Of a DNA stretch of 64,000 nucleotides, positions 14,427 through 29,692 are shown in pieces. This DNA comes from Octopus vulgaris (Eukaryota). A program made the position numbers and the translations under genes. The first letter of the stretch is position 1, and every line of letters begins with the position of its first letter. The DNA lies in NCBI GenBank assembly GCA_951406725.2, contig OX597828.1:63798001-63862000 (forward strand). Reading direction: 5' to 3'. The notes beneath the pieces were generated by a model. It was not told the DNA's origin, made no database searches, and saw only the letters and a program-made list of their open reading frames with translations.

Positions 14427-15375
14427 TTTGGACCTGAATTTGGCGCTACGAAGTGGAGAGATGGAGTTTTTGTGGTGAATCTGTTGCAAGAGACAGTGTT
14501 ATTTCACAAGCTTTATTGGTGCGTCGCTCAATCATTTATTTTGTGGTACAAACATGAATTCGGCTGGCTTTGAGATATCACTCGGTGACGGCGACAAACA
14601 AAGGACGATTCTGTTAATAAAATGTTAACCACAAAACATAATTCATAAACGAAAGAAGAAAAACAAAAATAATCATCCATATGCCTACAACAACACAAAG
14701 AAGCATCCTGAAACACAAAGCTTGACACAAACAACCAAAAAAAAAAGCAGAAAAAATTCACATTTAATTAAAAATTCAAATTATGGACGTAATTTGTATA
14801 TCATACTTACATACAAATATGCGCACACACACATATCTACGCACCGACGTATGAATACACACACACACATATATAATATATGTGTATATAATATATATAT
14901 ATGTAATATATATATTTCTATATATAATATTATACATAAAGACGTATATATATAATGTGTGTGTAAATGTATAAATATTTATGTGTGTGTATTAATTTAG
15001 CTATTGTCTTGCGTACAAGTCCACTGTAAGTGTAATTGTGAGTGAAGAGGCGGCGTTTAAATTGCATTTAAACGTACGAAACGAAACAATCGGTGTATAT
15101 GAATAATAAACGATATATATATATATATATATGTGTGTGTTTGTGTGTATGTGTATGTATGTGTGTGTATATATGAATATATATAAGTATATTTATATAT
15201 ATGTATGTATATATATGTATATGTATGTATATATATATATATATATACACACACACATACATACATATATATATATACATAGTACTACAGCCTGTTCTAA
15301 ACATTTACCGCTAACCACGTAAAGCTAACATTGATTTGACTAACAGATTTTTATCATGTTTATACAATATACGTG

Positions 15376-15406
<31 letters not shown>

Positions 15407-16086
15407 ATATCCACATGTATATATATATATATGCATATAAATATTCATACATATATGTGTGTGTATATGTACACATTTACATTTGTGCGGGTATATGTCT
15501 ATACACACTCAAACACTGACACACATACGCACGCCCACACGCCCACACATAGGCAAGCATACACAAATACGAAAGCTTCCATTTTGTTTGTATCTACATC
15601 TTTTTGTTATATATATTTTCCTTTTGTCTCGCAATTATTTTAATTTCACTTTAGGTTCTTGTTATTGTTAATAAATGCGTTTGTTTTTTTTAATTATATA
15701 TTTACTTATTTATATATTTCTTATTTATATATTTTTCTAAAAATGTCTTCCTCCATTTCAATATGGAAGTGAGCTTACAAGATGGCCGTCAGCACAACTG
15801 GCCGATTGTGATTCGTATTGTATTTATTCTAGTTTAATAAATACTGATTCAATGCACAAAGCAATTCTATTTGTAGTTGTTGCAGTTTTCATCTTGTGAT
15901 TCAACGATGTGTTTTATACGATTTGTTTGCGGAAAATGCCAGTGACGGGAATGAATATACGAGTATTCGTTCATCTGGTGTTATTAACTTTGATATGGCC
16001 TGCGCCAATCTTTGGTCGAAACATATCTAATTTATGTAAAATACATATATAATATATATAGGACACAATACAATATAATATATATA

Positions 16087-16138
<52 letters not shown>

Positions 16139-16163
16139 GCACATCACATATATATATGTATAA

Positions 16164-16196
<33 letters not shown>

Positions 16197-16672
16197 CGTG
16201 TATAAATATATATATATATATACATACATACATACATACATATATATATATGTATGTCACTTGACAACCGATGTTGGTGCGTTTACGTCCAAGTCAAGTA
16301 GCGGCTCGGCAAAAGTGACCGATTGAATAAGTACTAGGCTCACAAAGTCCTGGGATCGATTTGTTCGACTAAAGGTGGTGTTCCAGCATGGCCACAGTCA
16401 AATGACTGAAACAAATAAAAATATAAAAGAATATAATGTATAATATATAATGTAATATATATATATATATTGAATTGAATTGAACTACTTTCAGCTCGCA
16501 AGCTATAGCCATGCTGGGGCGTCACCATTTGGTGCTATATGTCTATAATATTTATGATATAAAATAATACAATATAAAATAACATAATATATATATAATA
16601 TAGAATATACATAATATATATGTTATATATATATATAATATCCATCTATGTATGTATATATATATATATATG

Positions 16673-16910
16673 TATACTTTATTTAAAGCAGCAGAAAATT
16701 CAACAAAACCTGTTACTCTGAATTTCCCGTTGCCGTTCGTCGGACAGTTTTTGCTAGATTCTAGCAAAAACTGTCCGATGAACGGCAACGGGAAACTCAG
16801 AGTAACAAGTTTTGTTGAATTTTCTGCTGCTTTAAATAAAGCATATTACTCTACCACTGGTATTTGAGTACTCTTTTTTCCACATTGTTTCACATTTGTT
16901 TACTCCGGTA
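16673..16910. mobile_element. Fold-back element (85-bp arms, 3-nt loop, about 65-bp unpaired tail) within (TA)n
   Basis: 16673-16757 is the near-perfect reverse complement of 16761-16845 around the loop ATT. TA runs flank both sides. Confidence 0.9.
16766..16814 (+). ncRNA. Hammerhead ribozyme motif (type I, U4C core variant), mirrored on - strand at about 16704-16752
   Basis: aaaaactgt CCGATGA a-cg-GCAA-cg-g GAAA ctc-a-gaGTA acaagtttt. Stem I pairs, stem III is near-palindromic (ACTC/GAGT), cleavage triplet GUA. Confidence 0.7.
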
Positions 16911-16950
16911 TATATATGTATATCTATCTATCTATCTATCTATCTATATA

Positions 16951-17050
<100 letters not shown>

Positions 17051-18238
17051 TATACAGTTATATACATATATATACAGTTATAGAGTGATTGCTCTTATCA
17101 TTCTTGTACGCACGTCTGCCTAAACAGACGGAACGTGTAAAGGTATTCATTTAGTTGTTGTATTCATTTATCTGTTTAAGTTATTGGACTGCGACTATGC
17201 TGGAGTAGTGGCTTCGAGCGTTTAGACAATCTTATCGATATGATCGACTAAACTCTGCGTATTTCAAAGATTGGTCTCTATTTTATCTGAATCTTATTGT
17301 CAAAGCGATAAGTTATGCAGACATAAATACAATGGCAACGACAATAAATGTAACACAAGGGCAATCATTTAACATAAAATAAAATAAAATAAAATATTAA
17401 AATAAAATCAAAGCACAATTGCACTGTATTTATCAAAGTCAGTATTGTCACGTGGTCGGTTCAACGTTGCCTTTTCTCGTGTTTCAGATGTTTGTTGAAG
17501 TTTGGCTTTATTCATATCACGGGAAAAGAGGGAAGAAAAATGTTGCATACAAAATTGTTTAAAATAATAGCTTTAGAATATTTTTATATTTTAGAATAGC
17601 ATTTTATAAATGTGGGGGATTATATTATAATTCTAAAATGTTTAATACAAACGAAATCCCTTATGTCATTAAAATAACCTACCGTTTGTCGTTTGTGCAT
17701 GACTTTTCCAGAAAAGCAAAGCAATTCGTTATGTCATAATATCCTGTTACATCTCCCTCCTTCTCGTCCCCCTCTCACCTTTTGTCTCGCTGCCGCTCTT
17801 CAGCCTCCCATCTTCCTCTCACTGCATCTCATGACTTGCAATTTTCTGCAAATAATATATTTTCAACTGTGTGCATTTAGCAATCTTTTTCTTTTACTTC
17901 ATTCACTCATTAGACAACGACCATGCTGGGTCACCGCCTTGAAGGGTCCAGTTGAGCAAAGTCGAGCCCAGTACTTTTCTGTCGGTGTCTTTTGCTGAAC
18001 TACTAAGTTAAGGAGAAGTAAACAAACACCGGTTGTCAAGCAGTAGAAAGGGGAAATCATAAACACAAAATGACACACACACACACTCTCTCTCTCTCTC
18101 GCACACACACACACATGCATACACACACACATACACACACATACATGCATAGTACATACTCAGATACATACTTACATAGATAGATACACACACGTACATA
18201 CACGCTACAAGTACCTTGGCATTGATGAAAATATATCA

Positions 18239-18905
18239 TACCAAGATACTGTGAATAAAGATAGAGTGACGCAAGAATATTACATCAGACTAAGAAGAAT
18301 ATGGCAGCCTGGACTCTCCTCTTACAACAAAACAATATCCCACAATGCATTTGCAATAACATTACTGATTCCAACATTTGGGATACTTGACTGGTCTGTA
18401 GAAGATATCCACTCCGTAGACATTAAAGCTCGCAAGATTGTAACATCATCTGGAAATTTCCACGAAAATAGTGATATCGACAGGTTCTACTTAAGAAGAG
18501 ATAAAGGAAGTGGGGTGGGGCTTGATCTCAGTGCAGACAGCCTTCGAATGTCGCATAGTCTCTCTCTCTCTGTCTGACAGCTCTGGCTAAACAACAACGG
18601 CAAAAATAAACACATTAACTTGGTGCTGAAATGTGAAGGAAACACTATCCTACGTGTTGGAAGTGAGCTCCCCGGGAAGCACTCTGTACCTGATGACCTC
18701 CCGTACAACCCCAAATCAACCGGACAAGTAAGTATACCTCAAAGAAGACCAGAGCTGAAACGCTCACCATACTCTCTCTCTCCTCGCCCCGCCAAAAAAG
18801 ACCATGCATGGCTATGTTTCTCGTAGACTTGAAGATTTTAACAGCATGAAGCGAAGTCTCTCTTGGACTTGTGACCACTACAACACGACACACTTCGAAG
18901 GTTAT
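18239..18905 (+). mobile_element. Degraded internal fragment of an R4/Dong-type RLE retrotransposon
   Basis: EYYIRLRRIW...SYNKTISHNAFAI...TFGILDWS...DIKARK...HENSDIDRFYLRRDKG aligns by eye with ECYRRVRAIL...NRIEAINAIAIP...HPKADTERLYLPRKEGG of 33177-35342. Confidence 0.8.
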
Positions 18906-18939
<34 letters not shown>

Positions 18940-18959
18940 TCAACATGGTCTGCAGCTGA

Positions 18960-19960
18960 TCTGTACTTTCGGCAAGGAGTTCCATGTCATTTCCGAATCA
19001 GAGATGTGTTAGTAGCTTGTTGTTGATGTCCACACCACCTGTCCACTCAATGTCTTTGATGACCATTGCTGGACATGCAGTGAAACCTTCGGAGAGACGG
19101 CATCTCCTCGTCTAACGTCCTTCCCAGTTGGATCTCTTACTACTGACAATAGCACAGTTATATCAACACTATGTCCTGAGTTCACAACCATCAGTAGTTT
19201 GGTTTATTGTGCCTCGACAACTTGCATTTCCAGAGCTTTCAGGAATTCAATCATCTTGCCGCCATCGAAGGCCTTTTGGTAGTCAATGAAAGTGATGTGC
19301 CGACACAGCTTGTATTCTTTCGTTCGATAAGCCTAGTTGGTGTGAATAGGTAATCCATCTCATTGGAGTTGTTATGGAAACCTGCTTGCTACATCGGCTC
19401 TTGGTCGTCGAGATGTTTCGATAGTCCGGTGGCTATGACCTTTGTACACAGTTTGTAGAAATGAAACAAAAGGCGATAGTTTCTGAAATCTTTTTCACTA
19501 CCCTTCTTATAAAGCAAGATGGTATTCAACTCTCTCCACAGCGAGGATATTTTATCCTCCTTCAGACAGCGACTGAAGTGTAGAACAAAAGATTTTCCAA
19601 AGCTCTTCACCACTGCATCTTAACATTACTGTTGTTGTGCCATTTTTTCCCGGATTTTTGTCTTTCATCAGTTTGACGACATTTTCATTTTCTCTGACCA
19701 GAATAGGTGGCACTTCCAACATTTTCTATGGTGGAAGATCGATCTTCGGTGACAATCCAAAAAGCTTGGTGTAGAAGGTTTTGCATGCCCATTCCAACTT
19801 CACTTTGACTGTCACCATGAGCCTATCTTTGTTCTTAAGGGATGTCTCCTCTGCCCTCTAGAATACCAACACTCTCCTTTTAACTTCTGTAGACTTTTCC
19901 TTTTCTTTTGCTCTGCAGCATGCATCTCCTTCGTTAATCTTTAATTCTCGAAATCATTTT
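18960..19960 (-). mobile_element. RTE-clade LINE reverse transcriptase relic
   Basis: TILLYKKGSEKDFRNYR...YKLCTKVI, FIDYQKAFD-like and KDVRRGDAVSPK (cf. KGVRQGDxxSPKLF). Stops and frameshifts. Confidence 0.8.
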
Positions 19961-20039
19961 GTAAAGGTTGGAAGCGATGAAATTGAGGCGGTAAAGGAAT
20001 ACATTACTTAGAGCACACAAAGAATATACGCTAAGGTGT

Positions 20040-20500
20040 GGATGCTGAAACTTCGAAGAGTATAGGGGCAGGATGGTAGGTATTTAGCTCAATAAAGAAT
20101 GTGATCAAAAGCAAAGCTGGACAAGAACATACAGGCCAGAGTCTTCCATAGCACCGTCCTATTTGCGCTAGTGAAGGACATCGATTGATCACGATGCAAA
20201 GAGCCACGGTAAGAGTCATGTTAAGAGTAACCTTGTGAGATTATATCTGAAACGAGAAAATTCGGTAATAGAGCAGAGTGAACGACGTGTCCACAGAATA
20301 CCAGGAGCTAAAGTTTCGCTGGACCGAACATGCTGCAAGGTTCACAGACAACAGTTGGACCTGTGCAATTCCCGAGTGGTATCCATGAGATTGGAAAATA
20401 CCACTCGGAAAATCTTCATGTCGACGGGAAAGGATTTAATTAATGGATTTGGTCCAAGATAGAAAAAGACAGAACTGCAAGCACATTGTAACCAGCGATG
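20040..20500 (+). mobile_element. RTE-clade LINE C-terminal relic, opposite orientation to the adjacent RT relic
   Basis: TMQRATVRVMLRVTL*DYI resembles the RTE QRAMERxMLGxTLRDxI motif. Confidence 0.55.
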
Positions 20501-21970
20501 TTTAACAACATCCAGTTGCGTAGTCGATACAATGATACGTGTGTGTGCGTGTATGTGTATGTGTGTATGTGTGCGTGTATGTGTGTGTGCGTGTATGTGT
20601 ATGTGTGCGTGTATGTGTATGTGTGCGTGTATGTGTGTGTGTGCGTGTATGTGTATGTGTGCGTGTATGTGTGTATGTGTGCGTGTATGTGTGTGTGCGT
20701 GTAGGACTGCAACACACTTCCTGTCTACCAAATTTATTGAGAAGGCATTGGTTGGCCCAGATTAATAGAAGATATATGCTCAAGGAACCGCACAGTGGGA
20801 CTGAACCCGAAACCAAGTGGATGTAAAGTGAGCCTCAGAATCCTGGATGTATTTATTAAGTTCTAAACTAATATTTTGCCTTTTTAAAACTATTCTAATA
20901 ATTATTGTTACTCTTGAGTTAATTGTATTGATACGGTTTCAATTCCCAGCTCGTTTATTTTTCTTTCTCAAAATCAGTCAAAACCACAGAACAACATTAT
21001 TTGAACAAGTCCCTCCAGAAATATTGTTCCCATTACAAACATATGTTAACCTAATGACATGTGTTTGTAATTTTATTAAACTTGACTATTTGTCTACCCG
21101 CATTGCAATTACCTAGACACACTCAGTGGGTGGGGCTTCACTTCCCTAGAAGAAATACCGCCTTAAGTCAACCGGATCTGGTAATCAAGATCCAGCCGTG
21201 ATCACCCATGTGGATTTCATATGAGTTGAGTTATTAAATAATCTGTTTGTTTCGTTCCAATGTTATATAAATTAACATAATATTTTTATCGTAGAGTTTT
21301 ATGTTTTTTTTTGTTGTTGTTTGTAGCTCTGTTCTTCTACAACTTTTGTTGGCTGAAGCACCGCCATCCTCATATGTCTCCTGATACAGCGCTGACCTTA
21401 GTAATTTCTACCATCAGGAATTTCCAAAGTTCGTGGAACATTGGAAAGAGGCCATGAACAAGGAAGGATAATATGTAAACCGATTTTTGAAAATTGTTGA
21501 AAATTAAAGATTAGATTAAATGGGGAAACGGAGGAATTTAACGAAGAGTCGAAGAATATAAACTAACGATTGCATCCTCAAAGGTTGCTTCATTTTTTAA
21601 AAGTGGGTTGCGATATGAGGAAGATTCCATTGCTATTTCGCCCTCGTTGATTCAATGTGCACCAATGATATTACTTCACCAGAGATGCTAACGTTTTTAA
21701 TTCGTGTTTCTAAATGAAGATCGATATCCTTCATCGTATAGCCAACAATCGATATAAAAAAAAGTTCACTTTGAGATATGTAAATGTTAGGGTTTCCCAG
21801 AATATGTACCAAAACGCGACCCTCTTCACATCCGCCAAGAAACGGTTATTTTCACTTTCAGGGACTCTCGAAGATTCTTCGCTTGGTTTTGGTTAGACAA
21901 TGAATATAGCTCCAAAGAGAAGGGTACAAACTGACACGTGCATACTTATACACGCACATACGCATTTAAT

Positions 21971-22038
<68 letters not shown>

Positions 22039-22040
<2 letters not shown>

Positions 22041-22783
22041 GAGGGTGCGGTGAATAAACAGTCATCTAAATTACGCAAAAAGTGAGCGTGACACATTTCA
22101 TTTCAACAGATATGTTACCAAAATTGCATAAGAATATCTTGAAATACTGAAGAGTAAATTTATTCAATAAAATCGTCAATGGCTTCAACCACGGCCTCCA
22201 GATGCGACTGCCGAGCCTCTTGCCACTCCTCTGGACAGTCTCCTTGTTTAAGTTGTTGAATGCTGCCATAATCCTTGCCGTCTGTCCATCTTTGGTGTTA
22301 CAAGCAGTTTTGTTGGTCTCTCGCTGAACTGCGCCCCACACATAGTAACCAAGGGGGTCTGAGGAGTTAGGTGGCCAGATGTTAAGGGTGATGTGGTCAC
22401 AGAAATCGTCTGACAGCCATGGCTGGGTTCTCCAGCTTGTGTGCAGAGTCCTGTTGCCAGACATGGGGTTTTCCAGCAGCCACTCTCTTGACCCAGGGCA
22501 GTACTATCTCCTCCCGGCACTTGATGTAGGCCTCTGTGCTGAGTCTGAGCCCCTGTGGGAAGATGAAATGTTCGTATTGGAGCTTCCGGCACGAATGTCA
22601 AGAAGTACAGCATGTCGTTTCTAAATTTCTGGCAGGGTGAATTGCGTCATGGTGCTGTTTTTCTCACAGACGGTGCCCAACAGACCTTACTATGCTGTGT
22701 AGTCGACAAAATCGAAAGCAAACGACGTGCAAGCGCGAAATTAAAAACATAAAATGGCGAAAATTTATCTTTCTCACCCTCTA
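22039..22783 (-). mobile_element. Internally deleted Tc1/mariner superfamily transposon (maT/DD37D-like)
   Basis: Imperfect TIRs (CAGAGGGTGCGGTGAATAAA ... TTTATCTTTCTCACCCTCTA). Transposase C-terminus WPPNSSDPLGYYVWGAVQRETNK matches the WPPxSPDLNPLDYxxWG type. Confidence 0.8.
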
Positions 22784-23076
22784 CATGATAAATAAGTATA
22801 TGTGTCTGTCTATTCATATGTGTGTGTGCGTGTGCGTGCGTGTGTGTGCGTGTGTGTGTGTGTCTTCTATTCTGTAGCGCCCCAAACCGGACATGCGCGC
22901 ATGCACATAAACGCTCATATAGCTGTACACACACGCACACACACATGTAAATATATATATTATACGCGTATGTATATATAATATACACATACATGTATAT
23001 GTTTAGACAAGGAGCCTACTATCATACTACGCTTTGTAATTTACACTCACAAAAACGCCTCCAGGTTTGTATACAT

Positions 23077-23123
<47 letters not shown>

Positions 23124-23128
23124 TGTGT

Positions 23129-23189
<61 letters not shown>

Positions 23190-23589
23190 GATATATACAT
23201 GCAAAATTTAATTTATTTTCTTCATAACAGCGAAAACAAATAAGACAAGAAAACAAGACGACAAGCCTCGTGCTCCAAGAATAGTATCCTCCCACAGCAA
23301 TACGAAGACTATATTCTAAAATATACGAAGGCACCAGCAAACCATTCCCTGAAGGTAAAATAGAAGAGTTCGAGACAGTGGATCACTGCTTAACAATTGG
23401 TTTTCGTGATGTGACTAAGTTCTGTTTTTAGAAAACTTAATTTCTAGAGAGACACTAAGAATCCAATGTAGTCTTCTGTGGAACTAAAAAGCTCTAAGAA
23501 TTGGTTCAAATCTTACTTTCTGCTTTGACTATTTTTCATTCTATCCTTTTCATTTCTTTTTTAAAATTTTCTTTGTCTTTTGTTTCATT

Positions 23590-23775
<186 letters not shown>

Positions 23776-24741
23776 CTTCACTGGCTGTTATTCCGCCATA
23801 TTTTCTTTCTGTATTTCTCTTTTGTTCTGGATTGTTTTTTTGGTAATTGTTCTTTTGCTTTTATTTATTTTATATTCAGTTATACACAGACACACGCAGA
23901 CACCGACACAGACACACGCAGACACAAACAAACATACACACCCACACATACAAGTATCCACCCTTATCGCATGTATGTATTGTTAGCATACATAATAGTG
24001 TGTGTGCGTGTGTGTGTGGGTGTGTGTGTTTGTGTATGTAATCATGTTAGTGGTGTTACACGAACTCCAGCAACCCTCATTATATTACCAGTATTAATTT
24101 CATTGATCAACATAATTTTACGAAAAGACGCCACCAGGGTGGGACAGAAAGTTAGTAATAGAAGACTAATCCCTCTGAAGCATTTAGGTCGGCGCTCTCG
24201 CATCACGCCTCCAATGTTAGCACTTTGACTCACATTTTTCTTACATCATATTTTATATTTTGTGGGTTTGTTTCCCCCTTTCGATTTCGATGCTGGGGAA
24301 TATCAATTTGTTAAACATTTAAACAGGTTAAATTAAGAATAATGAACGCTGTGTAACCACACGAATGTTTTTATGATCTACCGCTGAGTAAGATATAAAT
24401 TCAACAAAGCGTGTTCATTTCCAATTAGTTCTAAAAATGTATGCAATTATTAAAATCTGTCATCCGACATCAGAAATCAGTAGATTTATCAATGTTTAAA
24501 AATATGAAGATTTCCAGAATTACAGAGTTCGCAGGTTTCAGGTATTTCTTTGTACAAGCATGTTTCAAGAAAATTTCCGTTGCATATTCAGTATAGTGTA
24601 TCGTTCTTTCAATGTATAAATATTATTGACAAATTCATTTTTATTCATCTTTTATATAATTCTGAAAAGTGGAAGTAAGTCTGATATAGCGGTGTTTAAA
24701 TTTACCATTCACCATGCCGACATAATATTTCCGATCGGTGT

Positions 24742-25478
24742 GTTAGTGAGTTAGTTAGTTGGTTAATTTGGCTCAAAAGCAAATAGCAAGGCCATGTAGG
24801 GAGACATGGAGTTAAGTACAGGGTGGTGTTCATGTAAAGAATTTAGGCCACTTGTGGTCAAGGGAGGCTTTGAACAAAGCGGTCGTCGGCATCTTCACCA
24901 TCTCGTCCGGCAGCTTGTTCCACGGATCCGCAACCCGGACGGAGAAAGCCCCTCTCCTTCGATTGAGATGAAATCGTCGCAGGTAGAGCTTTTCGGAATG
25001 ACCCCGGAGCCGACGCTCTGGAGCAGGAGTGAAGAACAGCTCTTTCGAGAGGTTACACTTTCCGCTTATGATGTTGTGGGCGAGAATGAGATCACCACGG
25101 CGGCGGCGTTTTTCTAGAGAATAAAGGTCGAGCGTCCTCAGCCTTTCTTCATAGGACAAATTTTTGAGACCATGAACCATGCGGGTAGCCAGCTTCTGGA
25201 CTCTTTCGAGATGCTGTATGTCTTTGAGGAGATAAGGAGAAGAGGCTTGAATCCCATACTCCAATATGGGTCTCACCAGCGTGACATAGAGTGGTAGGAA
25301 TATGGCTGCTGTGAGCATTCCGAATGACCGTCGAATCAAGAACAGAACTCCGCGTGCTTTGCTGGCAGCATGGACGCACTGGGCCAAAGGCGAAAAGGAG
25401 GAATCCACCAAGATACCCAGGTCCTTTACCTGATCGGCCCTCTCCAGCAGCAGACGACCCGGCTCGAAATCAAGTTGA
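24742..25478 (-). mobile_element. CR1-type LINE, 5'-truncated 3' end
   Basis: KDLGILVD...LYVTLVRPILEY...LERVQKLATRMV...YEERL...RRRRGDLI...RGHSEKL, with an (AACT)n-like tail. Same family as 59988-61785. Confidence 0.9.
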
Positions 25479-26208
25479 GTGTGTAGGTTATGTTTTATTC
25501 CGTTAGGAACGTGGTAGAATACAGTGTAAAGTTCGTCCACCTTCAGACTTATCCCGTACTATCGGTAGCATTATTATATACTTCCAAGTTTAAATTTGGG
25601 CATTCGTCATGTGAGAATATAAAACTAAAGAAATTGGAGTCAGAAGGAGTACAGTTGGACATTTATTTATTATTCGCTACAATTGTTTCGATGCAACGTA
25701 CTTCTCCAAAAATACAGGTACTTCATTATGCAACTGTTTATTTGCATAATGAGATCCAATTGTTTTCCTCGGGCGATATACGAGTGTTGTCTCCGTTAGT
25801 TTAAAATCTACTTCATGGCCATCTTCTCTGTTTGTCGTAGTTTCAATTTATTAGCGGCTCTCATGGTGCGTGCCGCGAGAGATCGTTTGTCGGGCCGCTA
25901 TGTATGGAAGTGGATGGTACTGGCTGGCATTTAAATGTTCTGTTTGGCTGTATCTCTGATCTGTTCTTCATGGTTGGTTGCACATGTTAATTTCTAAAAC
26001 TGACCATTAGTATTCAGTTTTCGGATACATACACACATCCCCATACAGATACTCACACATACATTCTCACACAAACCCATGTATATATGCCTTTATATAC
26101 ACATACATGCACCCACATGTACATACATACACTTACATTCCTGTACATACGGGTATATACATATCCATATTTCCAACTTTCTCAATTTTATACGCGCACA
26201 CACACACA

Positions 26209-26249
<41 letters not shown>

Positions 26250-26358
26250 GTATATATATTCAATTCAATTCAATTCGATTCAATTTTATTGGCGCAAAAA
26301 GCAAGAGCAAGGCCATGTAAGGGAACAGGGAGTTATATAAAGGGAAGGTGGTCATACA

Positions 26359-27240
26359 AAGAGAAAGGTGACACTCACGCGCACACGCTCACATACGCAC
26401 ACACACGCACACGCTCACACACGCACACATTTCTAAAATGTCCAACTTCCGTTGCTGTAGACTTTATTCCAATGTTAATGCATGTGTGAAACTAATTTAA
26501 GCAGGGTTTCCCCCAGTGACACGTTGAAGAGGAGTGTCACCTTTCTCTATAGAACGTTACTGGCTTTGTTTACATTTCTGTGAATAAATTGTTTGCTGAT
26601 CAATATTGATATCTGCCAATCAATAAAAACAATGGTTATTTGCAGTGTGTACAGAGAGGGATCCGAAACGATAGTTTTCACATTTATTTCGGCAGATTCG
26701 AACGAAAATATGCTACAAAGGAAGCCCTCATATGAGTTCCGGGGGCTCAGTCAATGGGGGAAGGGACAAAAAGTCATTCTTACTCCAGAGAGTCGAATGT
26801 TTGCAATCAAGTGAACACCACAAAAATGTCCCATCTTCCAAACAATGCTGTGAAACTGGATACATTATGGATTAAGTATGCCACCCAAAAGATTGTCGAA
26901 AGGTCACAGGCAAAGTAAAAGTTTATTTTGCGCAGGAGGGCCGGCCCGACAACGTGTCATTATATTGATTTTACTCTTTTACTCTTTTACTTGTTTCAGT
27001 CATTTGACTACGGCCATGCTGGAGCACCGCCTTTTGGTAATAATTCTTAACACTGAACAACACTAGACCGTTATTTTCCTCTTCAACGTGTCACTGAAGG
27101 AAACCTTGCTTAAATTAGTTTCACACATGCATTAACATTGGAATAAAGTCTACAGCAACGGGAGTTGGACATTTTAGAAATGTGTGTGTGTGTGTGTATG
27201 TGTGTGTGTGAGCGTGTGCGCGTGAGTGTCACCTTTCTCT
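26359..27240. repeat. About 170-bp inverted duplication (26359-26532 / 27077-27240) around a spacer of about 545 bp
   Basis: TTTCTAAAATGTCCAACTTCCGTTGCTGTAGACTTTATTCCAATG...GACACGTTGAAGAGG recurs reverse-complemented. Confidence 0.9.
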
Positions 27241-27490
27241 TATTGAATAAGAAAATTAAAAAGATGAAATTGAAGAAACTCACATATACAAGCACACGAG
27301 TAAACACACACCTACACATCTGCATCCATCCATCCATACATACATATATAGACATGTATATATTACTACATATGTTAAGCCCACAAGAACACACACATAC
27401 ATAGACATACACACATGGACCACATACGTACACACATACATACAGAGGCTCGTATATTTGCCACCCAGCCAAAAGGAAAAAGACACACAA

Positions 27491-27528
<38 letters not shown>

Positions 27529-27837
27529 GCGCGCGCGCGTGTTAAACACACTGTGGGAAGTGTACAATTACCTTTTCTCCAAGAACTTGAGAATTTGGAC
27601 GTGATTTACATCGAAGTTTTCCATAAAACCTGTTTTGGCCTTAATTTGTTAAATTCCTTTCACGTCACACAGACATACACACATAAACACACACATACAC
27701 AAACACGCACACACAAACACACACTCACACACACAAACGCATAGAAGCAAACGCGTATACATATACGCTTGCACACTTACACAAACCCGCAGGCTTACCA
27801 TCTCAGGCACGTACACACACACACACACACACACACG

Positions 27838-27913
<76 letters not shown>

Positions 27914-28884
27914 GGTTCACCGTATTTGCTCTGTATCCTTTCCTTCGCAATTAATCTCCGCGGTTCTGTATATTCGTTGTGTAGATATGTGTATGTATGC
28001 AGATGCGTGCGCACTTACTTACCTGACTTATATTATATAACACATGTGGTTGCAGCTCAGACCATCTGCAATAAACGACAAAGGCCACTGGATGTATGTA
28101 TTTTTAATTGCATGTGTGTGTGTGTGTGTATATGTGTGCACGCGCGTGTCTGTATATATATATATATATGTATATATGTGTATATGTGTATGTGTGTGCG
28201 TATATGTTTATATACACACACACTCACACACACATATATATATATACACACACAAACACACACACACACACACACACACGTATGTATCTATGCCAAATCT
28301 ACTTTAATATCCTTCCCATATTTTTCTTTCTTTCCTCCCTTAATTACTTGTGAGTTTCTCTTTTCGCCCCTAATTATAACACTCCCATACATCAAAACTC
28401 ATCTCGCCCATCGCTACCACCACCACCGCCGCCAGCAGCAGCAGCGAATTATCATTGTCATTCAATACCCTTAAACTATCCACCGTTCTTAAACTGTGTA
28501 AGCCAACATTTTTTTCTCACTTCCGCTCAACGAGGGGGTCATTGCATTTCACGCTTTAACACTTTGCACATGTAATCAGCAGCCATATTGTTTGTTTTTC
28601 TCTCAATGTACTTGCATTTATTTTTGTGGGTTTTGCTATTGTTTTTGTTGTTGTTTGATGTTGTGTTTGTTGTGGTTGTTGTTGTTGTGGATGTTTTTGT
28701 ATTCAGTGTAAGTTCGCTCGGAAATGTCGGATATTTGCGTCATTTTGCCTTTCGGCCTCTCTCCTCCCCCATCTTTTAACATCGACTTTTTTACAACTTC
28801 CATCATAGTATATTATATTGATATATAGTTAGCTAGATAGAATGACGTAGATAGAGAGATACATAAATAGATAGCTAAATAAAG

Positions 28885-29145
<261 letters not shown>

Positions 29146-29164
29146 GATAAATAAAAGAACTGGC

Positions 29165-29211
<47 letters not shown>

Positions 29212-29692
29212 TAAAACAGTTTTGAACTCTATGATGTAACAGCATCACGTAAAAGCCTAAACAGCATCAACGATAACATAATCTGCATCCCATAACGAGG
29301 ACAAGGTTAGACTAGAACAGCAGGTGAAGGTTGATATGTGGGACTTGACATAATAAAGACTGTTTAACTGTGCCACCATAACAAGACCCTTCTTTATTCA
29401 CTTCCGACGCCCTCAACTTCCGCAGGAAGTGGCATCAATGGTCACATCACATCCATTTTTATGTTGCTATCTGTCTGAATCTCAGTCAGCTTGGTGCTTG
29501 TGGATGGAGATATATGCGTGTGTGTGTGTGTACGTGTGTGAGGATGTGTGCATGTGTGTATGTATATGTGTGTTTATTTGTCTTCATTTTAGTTTGTCTA
29601 TCCAAGTCAGATTCTGTCTACTTGTCTCTTTGTTTATGCTTCCATCCATCTGTTAATCTACATATAAGTATATATATATATATATATATATA

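Noticed and set aside
21360-21480. Possible mariner transposase C-terminal scrap (FPKFVEHWKEAMNKEG*Y)
   Set aside because: Too short and degraded, with no TIR identified.
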